Assembly: GCA_004431415.1 (NCBI GenBank)
Contig: QPMI01000594.1
Location: forward strand, 9,356 to 73,355
Length of the DNA: 64,000 nt
Source of the DNA: Cyanophora paradoxa CCMP329
Taxonomy: Eukaryota; Plantae; Glaucophyta
Reading direction: 5' to 3'
Notes under the pieces: generated by a model
Seen by the model: the letters and a program-made list of their open reading frames with translations, nothing else
What the model was told of the DNA's origin: nothing
Databases searched by the model: none
Made by a program: the position numbers and the translations under genes
Part shown: positions 1-13,400 of the stretch, one piece after another
Layout: each line of letters begins with the position of its first letter
Position numbering within the stretch: position 1 is the stretch's first letter

Positions 1-3000
1 CTTTGGATTTGCAGGCAACGTACACGTACATCCTGACAGGCCTGAAGCCCGGCGAGGTGATTGCGTGCAATGCGATGCTCAACTCCACAGCTGGCGCATC
101 AGATGCATCGGATGCGGACAATTCGGGCACCGGTGGTGAGATGACGCTTGGGCAGACCCTGCTTGCGCCTGCAGCCGCCTTGACAGTGTCCGACGTCAAC
201 AGCACGGCAGTGTTTCTGAACCTGACCGTCCCAGTGACCGAAGGCGTCCAGGTGATCAGAATTCTCGTGTATCGGACGCTGCAGCTGGGAAACTTCACAG
301 TCCTTGCTGGAGACCTCGTTGCCGGCACTGACAAGTTCGTGGATGTGGGTCTGCTACCGCAGACAATGTACACGTACATGGTAGCCTACACGACTCAAGG
401 GGAGAACTCGAATCCGAGCCCGCCAAAACATGCACGCACCGCTCCGTCGGCTTCAGAGCTCCGCTTGATAGCGAACTACGTAACGAACATCACCTTTACA
501 GTCACGTCGCCCGACGCGATCGAGACGCACATCGAGTACACGTACGTTTCCAGGAACGGCACTCTGCTGAGCTTGTGCTCTGGTGCCAATGCGGTCAAGG
601 TGTGCGAGGACACGACTGTTAATCCGGGTTATGCGTACACATACACTGTGAAGTATCGCGGCGCGGGCATTGTGGGGACGCCACTTGATAGCACCGGTGA
701 CATCTACTCATTCAGCGCCGTGTCGACTTTGTTAGACATTGTGGTGGGGCGTCCGCCAAGGCCTGTGCTGGTGGCGGAGATTGTAACGTCAACAAGCGTG
801 AAAATCGGCATCGTATACCCAATGGATGAGAGTCTGGACGAGATTCGAGACGTAATTATCTCGCGCAATGACACCGCAGACACGCCAGACGTCTCGCTGC
901 TGTGGCCATTCCCAGCTTTTGTGTGGGATAGTAGTCGGGCGCCGGGCTCGACAGAAACGTACGTGGCGGTGTTCAGCACAGACGCACTCGACTCGGACCC
1001 GTCGGCGCTTTTGACTGTGACACACCCGGCGCCCAACGCGCCAACAATGTCGCAGCTGCCGGTCGCGAACCCAAACTTTGCAACTTCGCTCCGATTCCGC
1101 ATCATCATGCCCAAGGACGGCACCGTGAAGCTCATGCCCTGGATAACCGGCATCATCATTTACCGCGACGGCACTTTCCTTGAGCGTGTTTCCAGCAGCA
1201 GCGTCCTTGATGGCAGTGCAGTTGATGACTGGTACGACTTTACGGACAACGGACTGCGGCCGAATGGAACTTACACGTACAAGGCACTGGTCGAAACGTC
1301 GCTGATCAACTCGAGCTTCTCGCTTGACCTTACAATGCAGACAGCTCGAGCGGGCCCTCCGAGGATCTCGGATGTGGAGACGGTGAACACGACGGCGCTG
1401 AGCGTGACCGTGATAGACACTCCGTCAACAATGTTCATGCCCGTAAACGTGGTGATTGTCCGGCTCCACAGCTTCAACAGCTCGGGCGACGTGGTAATGA
1501 CTCTAGAAAAGTTGCTGAGCCCGCCAGCGGTCTCTGTGACGTTTATCGTGACTGGCCTATTGCCTGGCGAGCTGTACAATTTCAACGCCGACTTCACAAC
1601 GAAGGGGGAGGAGGAGGGCTTCGCAGGAGCCGACTCGTTTATGAGCAGCCCGTCGAGCGGCCGCACAATCCCAGAGCCGCCCGACCTAGCGCTTGTGTCT
1701 GCGACCAGCTTCAACATCGTTCTTCAGGTCAGCGAACCGAGCTGCGTGCCGGGCGGTTGCAGCGTGGGCGGCGTGACGGGGGTCAAGCTGTACCGCCAGC
1801 CGGTATGGACTGCGAACGGCGAGGAGGCCTCAAAGCTGATTATGTCCTCTTTTAATGGCCCATTTGAGGACCTTGATGTTCTGCCTGGAACAAATTATAC
1901 GTACCACGCAATCTACATGGCTGACATTGATTCCGACGGCAAGAGCTCAGCAAACTCAGGCTCTATCACAGTCGCTACTCCTGCACAGGCCTTGCCTCCA
2001 ACTATCGTCTGGAATCACGGCGCTGGAACGAATTCGACCGCAGTCTGGCTTGCTGTGAATGACGTTCCGAATCCGAACATGCCACAAATCGTGGTTGATC
2101 TTGTGGGAATCCTTGCATGCGATCTCGAAGACATTGGATACAGTTGTACAGACAATGACTACGTTAGCATCGCTAACCTGACGTCGAGTCCTTGGACCTT
2201 CGTGCATTCAGGTCTAATTCAGCGCAAGGAATACAAGTACAAGGCATACTACACAACCCAAAGGGCTGGCTCGACGCTCAGCTCCGCAGCAAGTGGGTGG
2301 ACGGCCCCAGCTGCTCCGACCATTTCAATGACGGGTCGCACACATATGAGCATTTTGCTATCGATTACCGAGAACGGCGCCGGTGGAAACCAGTCAATTA
2401 CGGAAACACAAGTTGAGCGCGCGCCATTCGGCACAGAAGATTGGGCTCCGGTCGCAGACTGCTCTGCAGACGGGACATTACCAAACGGCGAGTGCACCGA
2501 TGATGGCGACGTCATTCCTGCGTCCCGGTATCTGTATAGGGCGCGCTTCCTTGGCTTCGGGGGTGTCGAGGACCGCACTTTGGGCGAGTGGTCGGCGACG
2601 ACCGAGCTCTGGACAGCCCTGCCGCCTCCCGTTCTGACTATGTTGATGGAAGACTCGAACACAATTACCGTGTTCATCGATCTAGAGTTTGTAAGCAAGG
2701 ACTTTGCTGAAAGTTACATGCTGACCTGCAATGACACCAATGAAGCAAGAATTGTGGCCGTTCCGTTACCTGGTCCGGCGACTGTGACTCTCACTCCGCT
2801 GCAGCCTAGCACGGTATACACGTGCTGGGCGATGTTGATCGCGAAGCCGCCCGTGGGCAACTCATCCGCATCATTGGATTTAATGGCGATCACCGACGAC
2901 TCGCCGGCACCGGTGCTGACGACGACATCTGTGAACGCGACCGCCGCCTGGATCGATGTATCCACCCCCCCGCTTATTTCAGAGGTGGTCGTGAGCGGCT

Positions 3001-6000
3001 TCCGCATCTTTCGCTCGCTGAATCCGGTTTCGGGCTGGCAAGAAGCAGCAACGCTGAGCGAGGCCAATGGCGGGATCACGCCGCAGACGATTACGTACAT
3101 TGATGTTGACCTTAGCCCTCAGACGGACTACTACTACAAGGCATTGTACTTCACACCTGCAGCCTCGAAGGAGAGCAGCGAGCCGAAGCAGGCGCGAACA
3201 GGCCCACCGGCACCCGAGCTCGCCCCGAACGCCGCGGAGGCGTACGCAGTGATGTTTGATCTTATCCAGACCGGTCTCAGGACGGACCTTATATTAGCGA
3301 CGAAACTTTACCGCAACGGAACGCTGAGCCAGACCCCGTTCGGCGCGGCTGCCTCATTCGTGGACGACTCCGTCAGCCCCGGAATCACGTACGAGTACAC
3401 TGCACAGTACGAAGGCTCCGTTTACTACAACGGCGCCTCAACTCTGTCAGACTCGGCATTTGCGGTACCGCTCTATGTGACGACGAAGCTGGTTCAAAAG
3501 CCAAGCATCTCCGCGAACAAGATCACAGCGACGACTGTGGAGGTATGCGTAACTTATCCAGCAGACAGCAGCCACCAGGCAATCCTCACGACGGAACTCT
3601 CTATTGTAGCGCACATTCTTTTCACGGGCGCGATCACGAAAACAAATCCAAACCAGGACTGCAAGACGCTCGTGGGTCTGGAGCCCGCAACGACGTCGAA
3701 CATTACGGCGTACTACGCGACAACTGGCGCCAACTCGCCAACCTCTGACGTCCTTCAGGTGACTCAGGCGAGCCCCGCGGCACCCTCACTGTCGGTTTCT
3801 TTCGACCCCGCGTTTCCGAGCGCGACGGTCGTCATGGTGCGGGCCGTCTTTCCGAGCCAACCAAAAGACCCGATCCAGCAGACAAGTCCCGCGGAAGACC
3901 TCTTGCCGGTCGTCACCCACGTCGAGTTGTACCGCGACGGAGACCTCGTGGAGAGCAGAGTCGCAAACATGATCGACAGCAGCTACGTGTTTACAGATTC
4001 CGGACTGCCGCCGGGTACTACGTTCACGTACGAGGCGGCCCTGCTCACGGCCTACGCCAAGTCGGACAACGGGTCTGTGGCAGCGACGACCGTGCTCGCA
4101 GCGGCACCGATGCTGACGGCATCGGGCATCAATATGAACGCATCGGCTGTGGCTGTGAAGGTTGCAAAGCCCCTGCCGGAGCAGGACGCCGCGGTCTCGA
4201 TTCGCATATACTTTGCGACCTCGATCGCGGGCCCATACTCGAAGCTCGCCGAGATTGACAAGTCGGCGGACGTGTACGAATACACGCACATGGGCCTGGA
4301 GTCGGGCACTCAGTACTGGTACATGGCGGACTACACCACGGCTGGGCTCCCGAACTTCAGGGCGGGTGCCGACTCGCCGAACAGCACCGAAGACAGTGCA
4401 TGGACGTCGCCGAACCCGCCCGTCTTGAACTTGGCGTCGTCCGTCGCTGTGCCCCCAAGCGAGACGAGCACCGTGATTCACGTTGCGCCTTTGACGGCAG
4501 ACACCGACATCAGCCAGCTCGTTCTGGCGCGCGCCGATTCAGGGTACACCTGCATTGAAACTTCGTGGAGCGGGACCGCCGGCACCGCAGACTGCACAGA
4601 CGGCAACGGGCTGCTAGCGACGACGTACACGTACAACGCGTACTATGTGGGACAGGAGGGCATGCAGAGCGTGCACGTAAGCATCTCAGTGACCACCCCA
4701 CCCATCAATCCAGTGGTGGTCATCGGGCCATACCCCGCGACGACCACAACGACCAGCATCGAGATCGAGCTGCCGCTTGGCTACGCAGCTAGCAACGGTA
4801 CCGAGCTGTACCGAAATGGCTCCCTCGCTGCCACGCTCTCGACATCATGCGGCGAATGCTCAAATATCAACGTTGATTGCTGCATGCGCTACAACGACAC
4901 GGGGCTTGCAGCCGGCAGCGGGTACAGCTACTCGGCGCTTTTGACCGTGGACAACGGCAATGTGCGCGTTGCGTCGCCAATGTCTCTGTACACGGAGCTG
5001 TGGACTGCGCCGCCAAAGCCTCAGCCATCCGTGTACATCACTACGACAGGTCCATCGGTGACGGTGCAGGTCCCTCTTCCAGCTGGCCTCGGGAGCGTTG
5101 TGGAGGAGACGTGGTGCTGGGAGGAGCAGACGCCCTTGAACCGATTCATGGTTACCGGCCAACAGTTCACTGTCGCAGGCACTGCGACTCCACCTTCAAT
5201 GCCGTACAGCGTCGACTTTGCACTGTCGTACTTCTGGGTGTGCGTGTTTCATGGCAAGGGCAACACGATCAGTGAGACAGGCACAACACAGTCGACCCTG
5301 CCGCCAAGCCGACCGAATCTTTACATCGAGGCTCTGAACTCGACTGCTCTGGAGGCGGTCGTGACAATCAACGACTTGCCAAGCCGCAACCTCACGCAGA
5401 CCGTGGTCATCACGTGCAACGGGACTGCTGCGGCATACAGCCCCATCAAGATTCCGGCTTTGGATTTGCAGGCAACGTACACGTACATCCTGACAGGCCT
5501 GAAGCCCGGCGAGGTGATTGCGTGCAATGCGATGCTCAACTCCACAGCTGGCGCATCAGATGCATCGGATGCGGACAATTCGGGCACCGGTGGTGAGATG
5601 ACGCTTGGGCAGACCCTGCTTGCGCCTGCAGCCGCCTTGACAGTGTCCGACGTCAACAGCACGGCAGTGTTTCTGAACCTGACCGTCCCAGTGACCGAAG
5701 GCGTCCAGGTGATCAGAATTCTCGTGTATCGGACGCTGCAGCTGGGAAACTTCACAGTCCTTGCTGGAGACCTCGTTGCCGGCACTGACAAGTTCGTGGA
5801 TGTGGGTCTGCTACCGCAGACAATGTACACGTACATGGTAGCCTACACGACTCAAGGGGAGAACTCGAATCCGAGCCCGCCAAAACATGCACGCACCGCT
5901 CCGTCGGCTTCAGAGCTCCGCTTGATAGCGAACTACGTAACGAACATCACCTTTACAGTCACGTCGCCCGACGCGATCGAGACGCACATCGAGTACACGT

Positions 6001-9000
6001 ACGTTTCCAGGAACGGCACTCTGCTGAGCTTGTGCTCTGGTGCCAATGCGGTCAAGGTGTGCGAGGACACGACTGTTAATCCGGGTTATGCGTACACATA
6101 CACTGTGAAGTATCGCGGCGCGGGCATTGTGGGGACGCCACTTGATAGCACCGGTGACATCTACTCATTCAGCGCCGTGTCGACTTTGTTAGACATTGTG
6201 GTGGGGCGTCCGCCAAGGCCTGTGCTGGTGGCGGAGATTGTAACGTCAACAAGCGTGAAAATCGGCATCGTATACCCAATGGATGAGAGTCTGGACGAGA
6301 TTCGAGACGTAATTATCTCGCGCAATGACACCGCAGACACGCCAGACGTCTCGCTGCTGTGGCCATTCCCAGCTTTTGTGTGGGATAGTAGTCGGGCGCC
6401 GGGCTCGACAGAAACGTACGTGGCGGTGTTCAGCACAGACGCACTCGACTCGGACCCGTCGGCGCTTTTGACTGTGACACACCCGGCGCCCAACGCGCCA
6501 ACAATGTCGCAGCTGCCGGTCGCGAACCCAAACTTTGCAACTTCGCTCCGATTCCGCATCATCATGCCCAAGGACGGCACCGTGAAGCTCATGCCCTGGA
6601 TAACCGGCATCATCATTTACCGCGACGGCACTTTCCTTGAGCGTGTTTCCAGCAGCAGCGTCCTTGATGGCAGTGCAGTTGATGACTGGTACGACTTTAC
6701 GGACAACGGACTGCGGCCGAATGGAACTTACACGTACAAGGCACTGGTCGAAACGTCGCTGATCAACTCGAGCTTCTCGCTTGACCTTACAATGCAGACA
6801 GCTCGAGCGGGCCCTCCGAGGATCTCGGATGTGGAGACGGTGAACACGACGGCGCTGAGCGTGACCGTGATAGACACTCCGTCAACAATGTTCATGCCCG
6901 TAAACGTGGTGATTGTCCGGCTCCACAGCTTCAACAGCTCGGGCGACGTGGTAATGACTCTAGAAAAGTTGCTGAGCCCGCCAGCGGTCTCTGTGACGTT
7001 TATCGTGACTGGCCTATTGCCTGGCGAGCTGTACAATTTCAACGCCGACTTCACAACGAAGGGGGAGGAGGAGGGCTTCGCAGGAGCCGACTCGTTTATG
7101 AGCAGCCCGTCGAGCGGCCGCACAATCCCAGAGCCGCCCGACCTAGCGCTTGTGTCTGCGACCAGCTTCAACATCGTTCTTCAGGTCAGCGAACCGAGCT
7201 GCGTGCCGGGCGGTTGCAGCGTGGGCGGCGTGACGGGGGTCAAGCTGTACCGCCAGCCGGTATGGACTGCGAACGGCGAGGAGGCCTCAAAGCTGATTAT
7301 GTCCTCTTTTAATGGCCCATTTGAGGACCTTGATGTTCTGCCTGGAACAAATTATACGTACCACGCAATCTACATGGCTGACATTGATTCCGACGGCAAG
7401 AGCTCAGCAAACTCAGGCTCTATCACAGTCGCTACTCCTGCACAGGCCTTGCCTCCAACTATCGTCTGGAATCACGGCGCTGGAACGAATTCGACCGCAG
7501 TCTGGCTTGCTGTGAATGACGTTCCGAATCCGAACATGCCACAAATCGTGGTTGATCTTGTGGGAATCCTTGCATGCGATCTCGAAGACATTGGATACAG
7601 TTGTACAGACAATGACTACGTTAGCATCGCTAACCTGACGTCGAGTCCTTGGACCTTCGTGCATTCAGGTCTAATTCAGCGCAAGGAATACAAGTACAAG
7701 GCATACTACACAACCCAAAGGGCTGGCTCGACGCTCAGCTCCGCAGCAAGTGGGTGGACGGCCCCAGCTGCTCCGACCATTTCAATGACGGGTCGCACAC
7801 ATATGAGCATTTTGCTATCGATTACCGAGAACGGCGCCGGTGGAAACCAGTCAATTACGGAAACACAAGTTGAGCGCGCGCCATTCGGCACAGAAGATTG
7901 GGCTCCGGTCGCAGACTGCTCTGCAGACGGGACATTACCAAACGGCGAGTGCACCGATGATGGCGACGTCATTCCTGCGTCCCGGTATCTGTATAGGGCG
8001 CGCTTCCTTGGCTTCGGGGGTGTCGAGGACCGCACTTTGGGCGAGTGGTCGGCGACGACCGAGCTCTGGACAGCCCTGCCGCCTCCCGTTCTGACTATGT
8101 TGATGGAAGACTCGAACACAATTACCGTGTTCATCGATCTAGAGTTTGTAAGCAAGGACTTTGCTGAAAGTTACATGCTGACCTGCAATGACACCAATGA
8201 AGCAAGAATTGTGGCCGTTCCGTTACCTGGTCCGGCGACTGTGACTCTCACTCCGCTGCAGCCTAGCACGGTATACACGTGCTGGGCGATGTTGATCGCG
8301 AAGCCGCCCGTGGGCAACTCATCCGCATCATTGGATTTAATGGCGATCACCGACGACTCGCCGGCACCGGTGCTGACGACGACATCTGTGAACGCGACCG
8401 CCGCCTGGATCGATGTATCCACCCCCCCGCTTATTTCAGAGGTGGTCGTGAGCGGCTTCCGCATCTTTCGCTCGCTGAATCCGGTTTCGGGCTGGCAAGA
8501 AGCAGCAACGCTGAGCGAGGCCAATGGCGGGATCACGCCGCAGACGATTACGTACATTGATGTTGACCTTAGCCCTCAGACGGACTACTACTACAAGGCA
8601 TTGTACTTCACACCTGCAGCCTCGAAGGAGAGCAGCGAGCCGAAGCAGGCGCGAACAGGCCCACCGGCACCCGAGCTCGCCCCGAACGCCGCGGAGGCGT
8701 ACGCAGTGATGTTTGATCTTATCCAGACCGGTCTCAGGACGGACCTTATATTAGCGACGAAACTTTACCGCAACGGAACGCTGAGCCAGACCCCGTTCGG
8801 CGCGGCTGCCTCATTCGTGGACGACTCCGTCAGCCCCGGAATCACGTACGAGTACACTGCACAGTACGAAGGCTCCGTTTACTACAACGGCGCCTCAACT
8901 CTGTCAGACTCGGCATTTGCGGTACCGCTCTATGTGACGACGAAGCTGGTTCAAAAGCCAAGCATCTCCGCGAACAAGATCACAGCGACGACTGTGGAGG

Positions 9001-10462
9001 TATGCGTAACTTATCCAGCAGACAGCAGCCACCAGGCAATCCTCACGACGGAACTCTCTATTGTAGCGCACATTCTTTTCACGGGCGCGATCACGAAAAC
9101 AAATCCAAACCAGGACTGCAAGACGCTCGTGGGTCTGGAGCCCGCAACGACGTCGAACATTACGGCGTACTACGCGACAACTGGCGCCAACTCGCCAACC
9201 TCTGACGTCCTTCAGGTGACTCAGGCGAGCCCCGCGGCACCCTCACTGTCGGTTTCTTTCGACCCCGCGTTTCCGAGCGCGACGGTCGTCATGGTGCGGG
9301 CCGTCTTTCCGAGCCAACCAAAAGACCCGATCCAGCAGACAAGTCCCGCGGAAGACCTCTTGCCGGTCGTCACCCACGTCGAGTTGTACCGCGACGGAGA
9401 CCTCGTGGAGAGCAGAGTCGCAAACATGATCGACAGCAGCTACGTGTTTACAGATTCCGGACTGCCGCCGGGTACTACGTTCACGTACGAGGCGGCCCTG
9501 CTCACGGCCTACGCCAAGTCGGACAACGGGTCTGTGGCAGCGACGACCGTGCTCGCAGCGGCACCGATGCTGACGGCATCGGGCATCAATATGAACGCAT
9601 CGGCTGTGGCTGTGAAGGTTGCAAAGCCCCTGCCGGAGCAGGACGCCGCGGTCTCGATTCGCATATACTTTGCGACCTCGATCGCGGGCCCATACTCGAA
9701 GCTCGCCGAGATTGACAAGTCGGCGGACGTGTACGAATACACGCACATGGGCCTGGAGTCGGGCACTCAGTACTGGTACATGGCGGACTACACCACGGCT
9801 GGGCTCCCGAACTTCAGGGCGGGTGCCGACTCGCCGAACAGCACCGAAGACAGTGCATGGACGTCGCCGAACCCGCCCGTCTTGAACTTGGCGTCGTCCG
9901 TCGCTGTGCCCCCAAGCGAGACGAGCACCGTGATTCACGTTGCGCCTTTGACGGCAGACACCGACATCAGCCAGCTCGTTCTGGCGCGCGCCGATTCAGG
10001 GTACACCTGCATTGAAACTTCGTGGAGCGGGACCGCCGGCACCGCAGACTGCACAGACGGCAACGGGCTGCTAGCGACGACGTACACGTACAACGCGTAC
10101 TATGTGGGACAGGAGGGCATGCAGAGCGTGCACGTAAGCATCTCAGTGACCACCCCACCCATCAATCCAGTGGTGGTCATCGGGCCATACCCCGCGACGA
10201 CCACAACGACCAGCATCGAGATCGAGCTGCCGCTTGGCTACGCAGCTAGCAACGGTACCGAGCTGTACCGAAATGGCTCCCTCGCTGCCACGCTCTCGAC
10301 ATCATGCGGCGAATGCTCAAATATCAACGTTGATTGCTGCATGCGCTACAACGACACGGGGCTTGCAGCCGGCAGCGGGTACAGCTACTCGGCGCTTTTG
10401 ACCGTGGACAACGGCAATGTGCGCGTTGCGTCGCCAATGTCTCTGTACACGGAGCTGTGGAC
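1..10462 (+). repeat. 5457-bp (1819-codon) in-frame tandem duplication, about 1.9 copies visible
   Basis: Sequence at position 1 recurs at 5458 and identity ends at 5005/10462 (TGGAC|T vs TGGAC|G). Alternative-frame ORFs in the track recur with identical translation at +5457 (e.g. 704 and 6161; 3786 and 9243). Confidence 0.97.
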
Positions 10463-13400
10463 GGCAGCCCTTCGTCGTCAGATGCTCTCTACTTCTGCTG
10501 ATTTCACGGAAATCAAATCCAGCGTGGGCGCCAGCAGTCATCTAGATCCGACTTCCACGTCCAAGAGTCTCCTAATGATCTTGCAGGCGGGACTACTCCT
10601 TCCCGCGCCCCAGCTCGCTCTTGACTCCGATGTGTGCACGCCCGTTGAGTCCTCCACTGTTCGATTCACGGCGTCCGGGTTCTCTTCCAGCGTTCAAGTG
10701 ACGTCGGTTGAGCTTTTCCGCGACGGTGTGCTCGTAGCGACGGCGCCTTCCAGCAGCAGCAGAATCGCAGATGCCACGGCAGCCCCTTCCCGTCGTTACG
10801 TTTACTCTGTGCGCCTCGCGGGACCCCAAGGGGTGGTCTCCTCTCTCTCCGCTCCCCTCTCTGTGAGCACGCCGCCGTCGGCACCCACTCTGTCACTGTC
10901 GTCGCGAACGCGCAACTCGACGAGCATAAGAATCGCGAGGCCCCCCGATGTCGACGACACAAGCATCGTCTCGCTCAAACTCTACCTCGTGCGGAGCTTG
11001 CACGGGACCGGAGCGTCCGACGCAAGTGCCAGCGATCAGCCGATTCTCGTGCCTCTGCAAGCATGGCCCGCTGAGGGCGTCGTATGGACGGACGTCGGTC
11101 TGCAGTCCAGCGTGACGTACCAGTACAGGGGCTTCATCACCAATGCAGACGGGTGGAGCTCGCCTTTCTCCAACGAGATCAGTGCCGAGACCCTCTCGCT
11201 CGCACTGGAAGCGTCAGCAGCGAAACTCAATTCCGTTTACGTGCTCAATCTGAGGACGCCTTTGCTGATCAAGTTCACGTCGCCTGCGGCGGGCGCCGTC
11301 GTCGGGCGCGGGCAGGAGCTCTTCGTGCGGTACAGCTCCGCGTCCACGTCCGCCTCCGACGCGGAGTTGCTCTTCGTCGCCGCCGCATCCTCGACCTCGA
11401 CCGTGAGTGCCTCCGCAAGCCATAGATGCATTCTAGCGATCTTGATTTGAGTAATCGAATGTTTTACACGCATACGCAGTTGCTCTTGTCTGGGCAGAGC
11501 ATCAGCACCGGCGGCGGCCTCTTTCGCGTTTCGATCCCGGCTGCGGCAGATCCGGGCGACTTCTTCATTCGTGTCCGCTCCGCATCGCTCTCGAGCTCCG
11601 CCGACACGCCGACGTTCCGGTCAGTTTTAATCAGCTTTTTCCAAGCGCTTTGATGGCGGAAGCTGACTGAAATTAATCACGTTCGCATCAGAGTTACCGC
11701 CGTGGAGACGCGGGTCGAGACGGTTGAGTACGACCCGGACGCCGTTCCGTCCCTCGCGGACCGCATTCGCTCCGCTCCGGGCTACGCTTCCATCGACCTG
11801 TCTGTTGTGGCGGTCGAGACCGCAGCCTCGGGCGGCGGCTCTGCCCGCTCTCGCCTGCAGGCGGCCACCGTGACGCACACGTTCGCCCTGCCCGCGCCGG
11901 CATCCTCTATGATCGTGAGCCCAATATTTATGCATTCGCTTCATTTCTGCAAACGCATTCATGGAGCGCACTGAGCATGACCCTTCTATCCGGCAGACGT
12001 TCTTGTCGCTGATGCAGACCCTGACGCATGGCGACGCCCTGCTCTCTGGCATTTACTACGTCGAGTCTGGCCTCTCGGCTCGAGCCAACCTCGCCTACGT
12101 GTTCTCTGGTGCGCATGCGCTCCCCTTGCGCTTGATCGAATGCACAAATCGATGCTGACCTGCCGAACAGGGCTGCCCCTGTCTGAGCCGGTGACGGCCA
12201 AGCTCGCTTTCGATCCCGACATCGCGGGCTCCTTCGCGGATCTCGCGAAGCAGATCCAGCGGCTCACCGGGTATCGCCCGAAGCAAACGATCGCCAAACG
12301 CCGCTCGATGCTTCAGTATTCTGAAGAATCGGTGGACGTCTCTTTCGGAGGCAGCACCGGCGCCCTCCGCGCCGCGCAGAAGGCGAGCTATGCTTTATAA
12401 TTATTGCGTTCAACAAATCCAGTCTTAATAACGCAACTTGCGACCCAGGTCGCCTCGTTCGTCTCCAAAGGGGCGCTCCTCCCCTCTGTTTACTCCGTCG
12501 AGTTCGAGCACAACGGCGCGAAAACGTCGGCCCGCCACCCTCTCCTGTCCAAGAGCGCGAGCATGTCTCTCCCCTACGCCGGGATCACGCTCGCTGCGGG
12601 GTCAGGCGCCGCCGACCTGTCGCTGGGCTCTTCCTCTTCTTCCTCCGCCAGCTTCGAGCTCCTGAGCGCCGAGGGCGCCTCCGGATCCACGGGAGTCGCG
12701 GCTGCGCGGAGCGCCGCCAGCGGCGGCGTCACTCTCTTTGCGGCGGCTCCGAATTCGGGCGGGCTGGACGCGCCGATTGCGAGCGTGCCCATCGAAAATC
12801 CCGCTGCAACGGTGCAGTGCGCCGTATCAGACGGCTCGGGCGGCTTGTTTTTGGCATTCGACCCGCCCAACGGTATTTGTTTTTGAAGTCGGAGTCGCTG
12901 CGAGGTTGTTGAAATTCTTGCAGGCGGGTCGTCGCTCGTCCGCTACCTGCACAGCACTCAGCAGACGTCGACACTTCCCGCCTCTAGCCTGCCCCAGCCT
13001 TTCGTCTGCGTCCGGCTGGGGCCGAGCAGCTCGCAGCCCCTCCGCTTGCTTGTCGGATCCCGCGCTCCGGGGCTCTACGTCGTCTCCGTGCAGGCCTCCG
13101 GTGCCCTCGAGGCAAAGGCCGTCGCGCTGCCCGGCACGAGCGGCAAGCCGATCGCGCTCGCGTCCCGCGCGCCCCTCTCGCGCGCCGCGGCGGCCGTGTT
13201 CCTCCAGTCGGACGACGCCGCCAGCGCCACCGGCGGCGAATGCAACTCGGGCGACGGCGGCAGCGACGCCGCGCTGCACATCGTCGACGGGAGCGGCGGC
13301 ATCGCGTCTGTCCCAGCAAAGCTGCGCGGCGTGTGCCCCCGCGCCCTCGCCGTCTCGCCCGACTCGTCCTTTGCCGTCATCCTTTCTACCGACGGCCGGC

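Noticed and set aside
704-10541. Duplicated antisense and alternate-frame ORFs
   Set aside because: Shadows of the FN3 exon; useful only as evidence of repeat identity.
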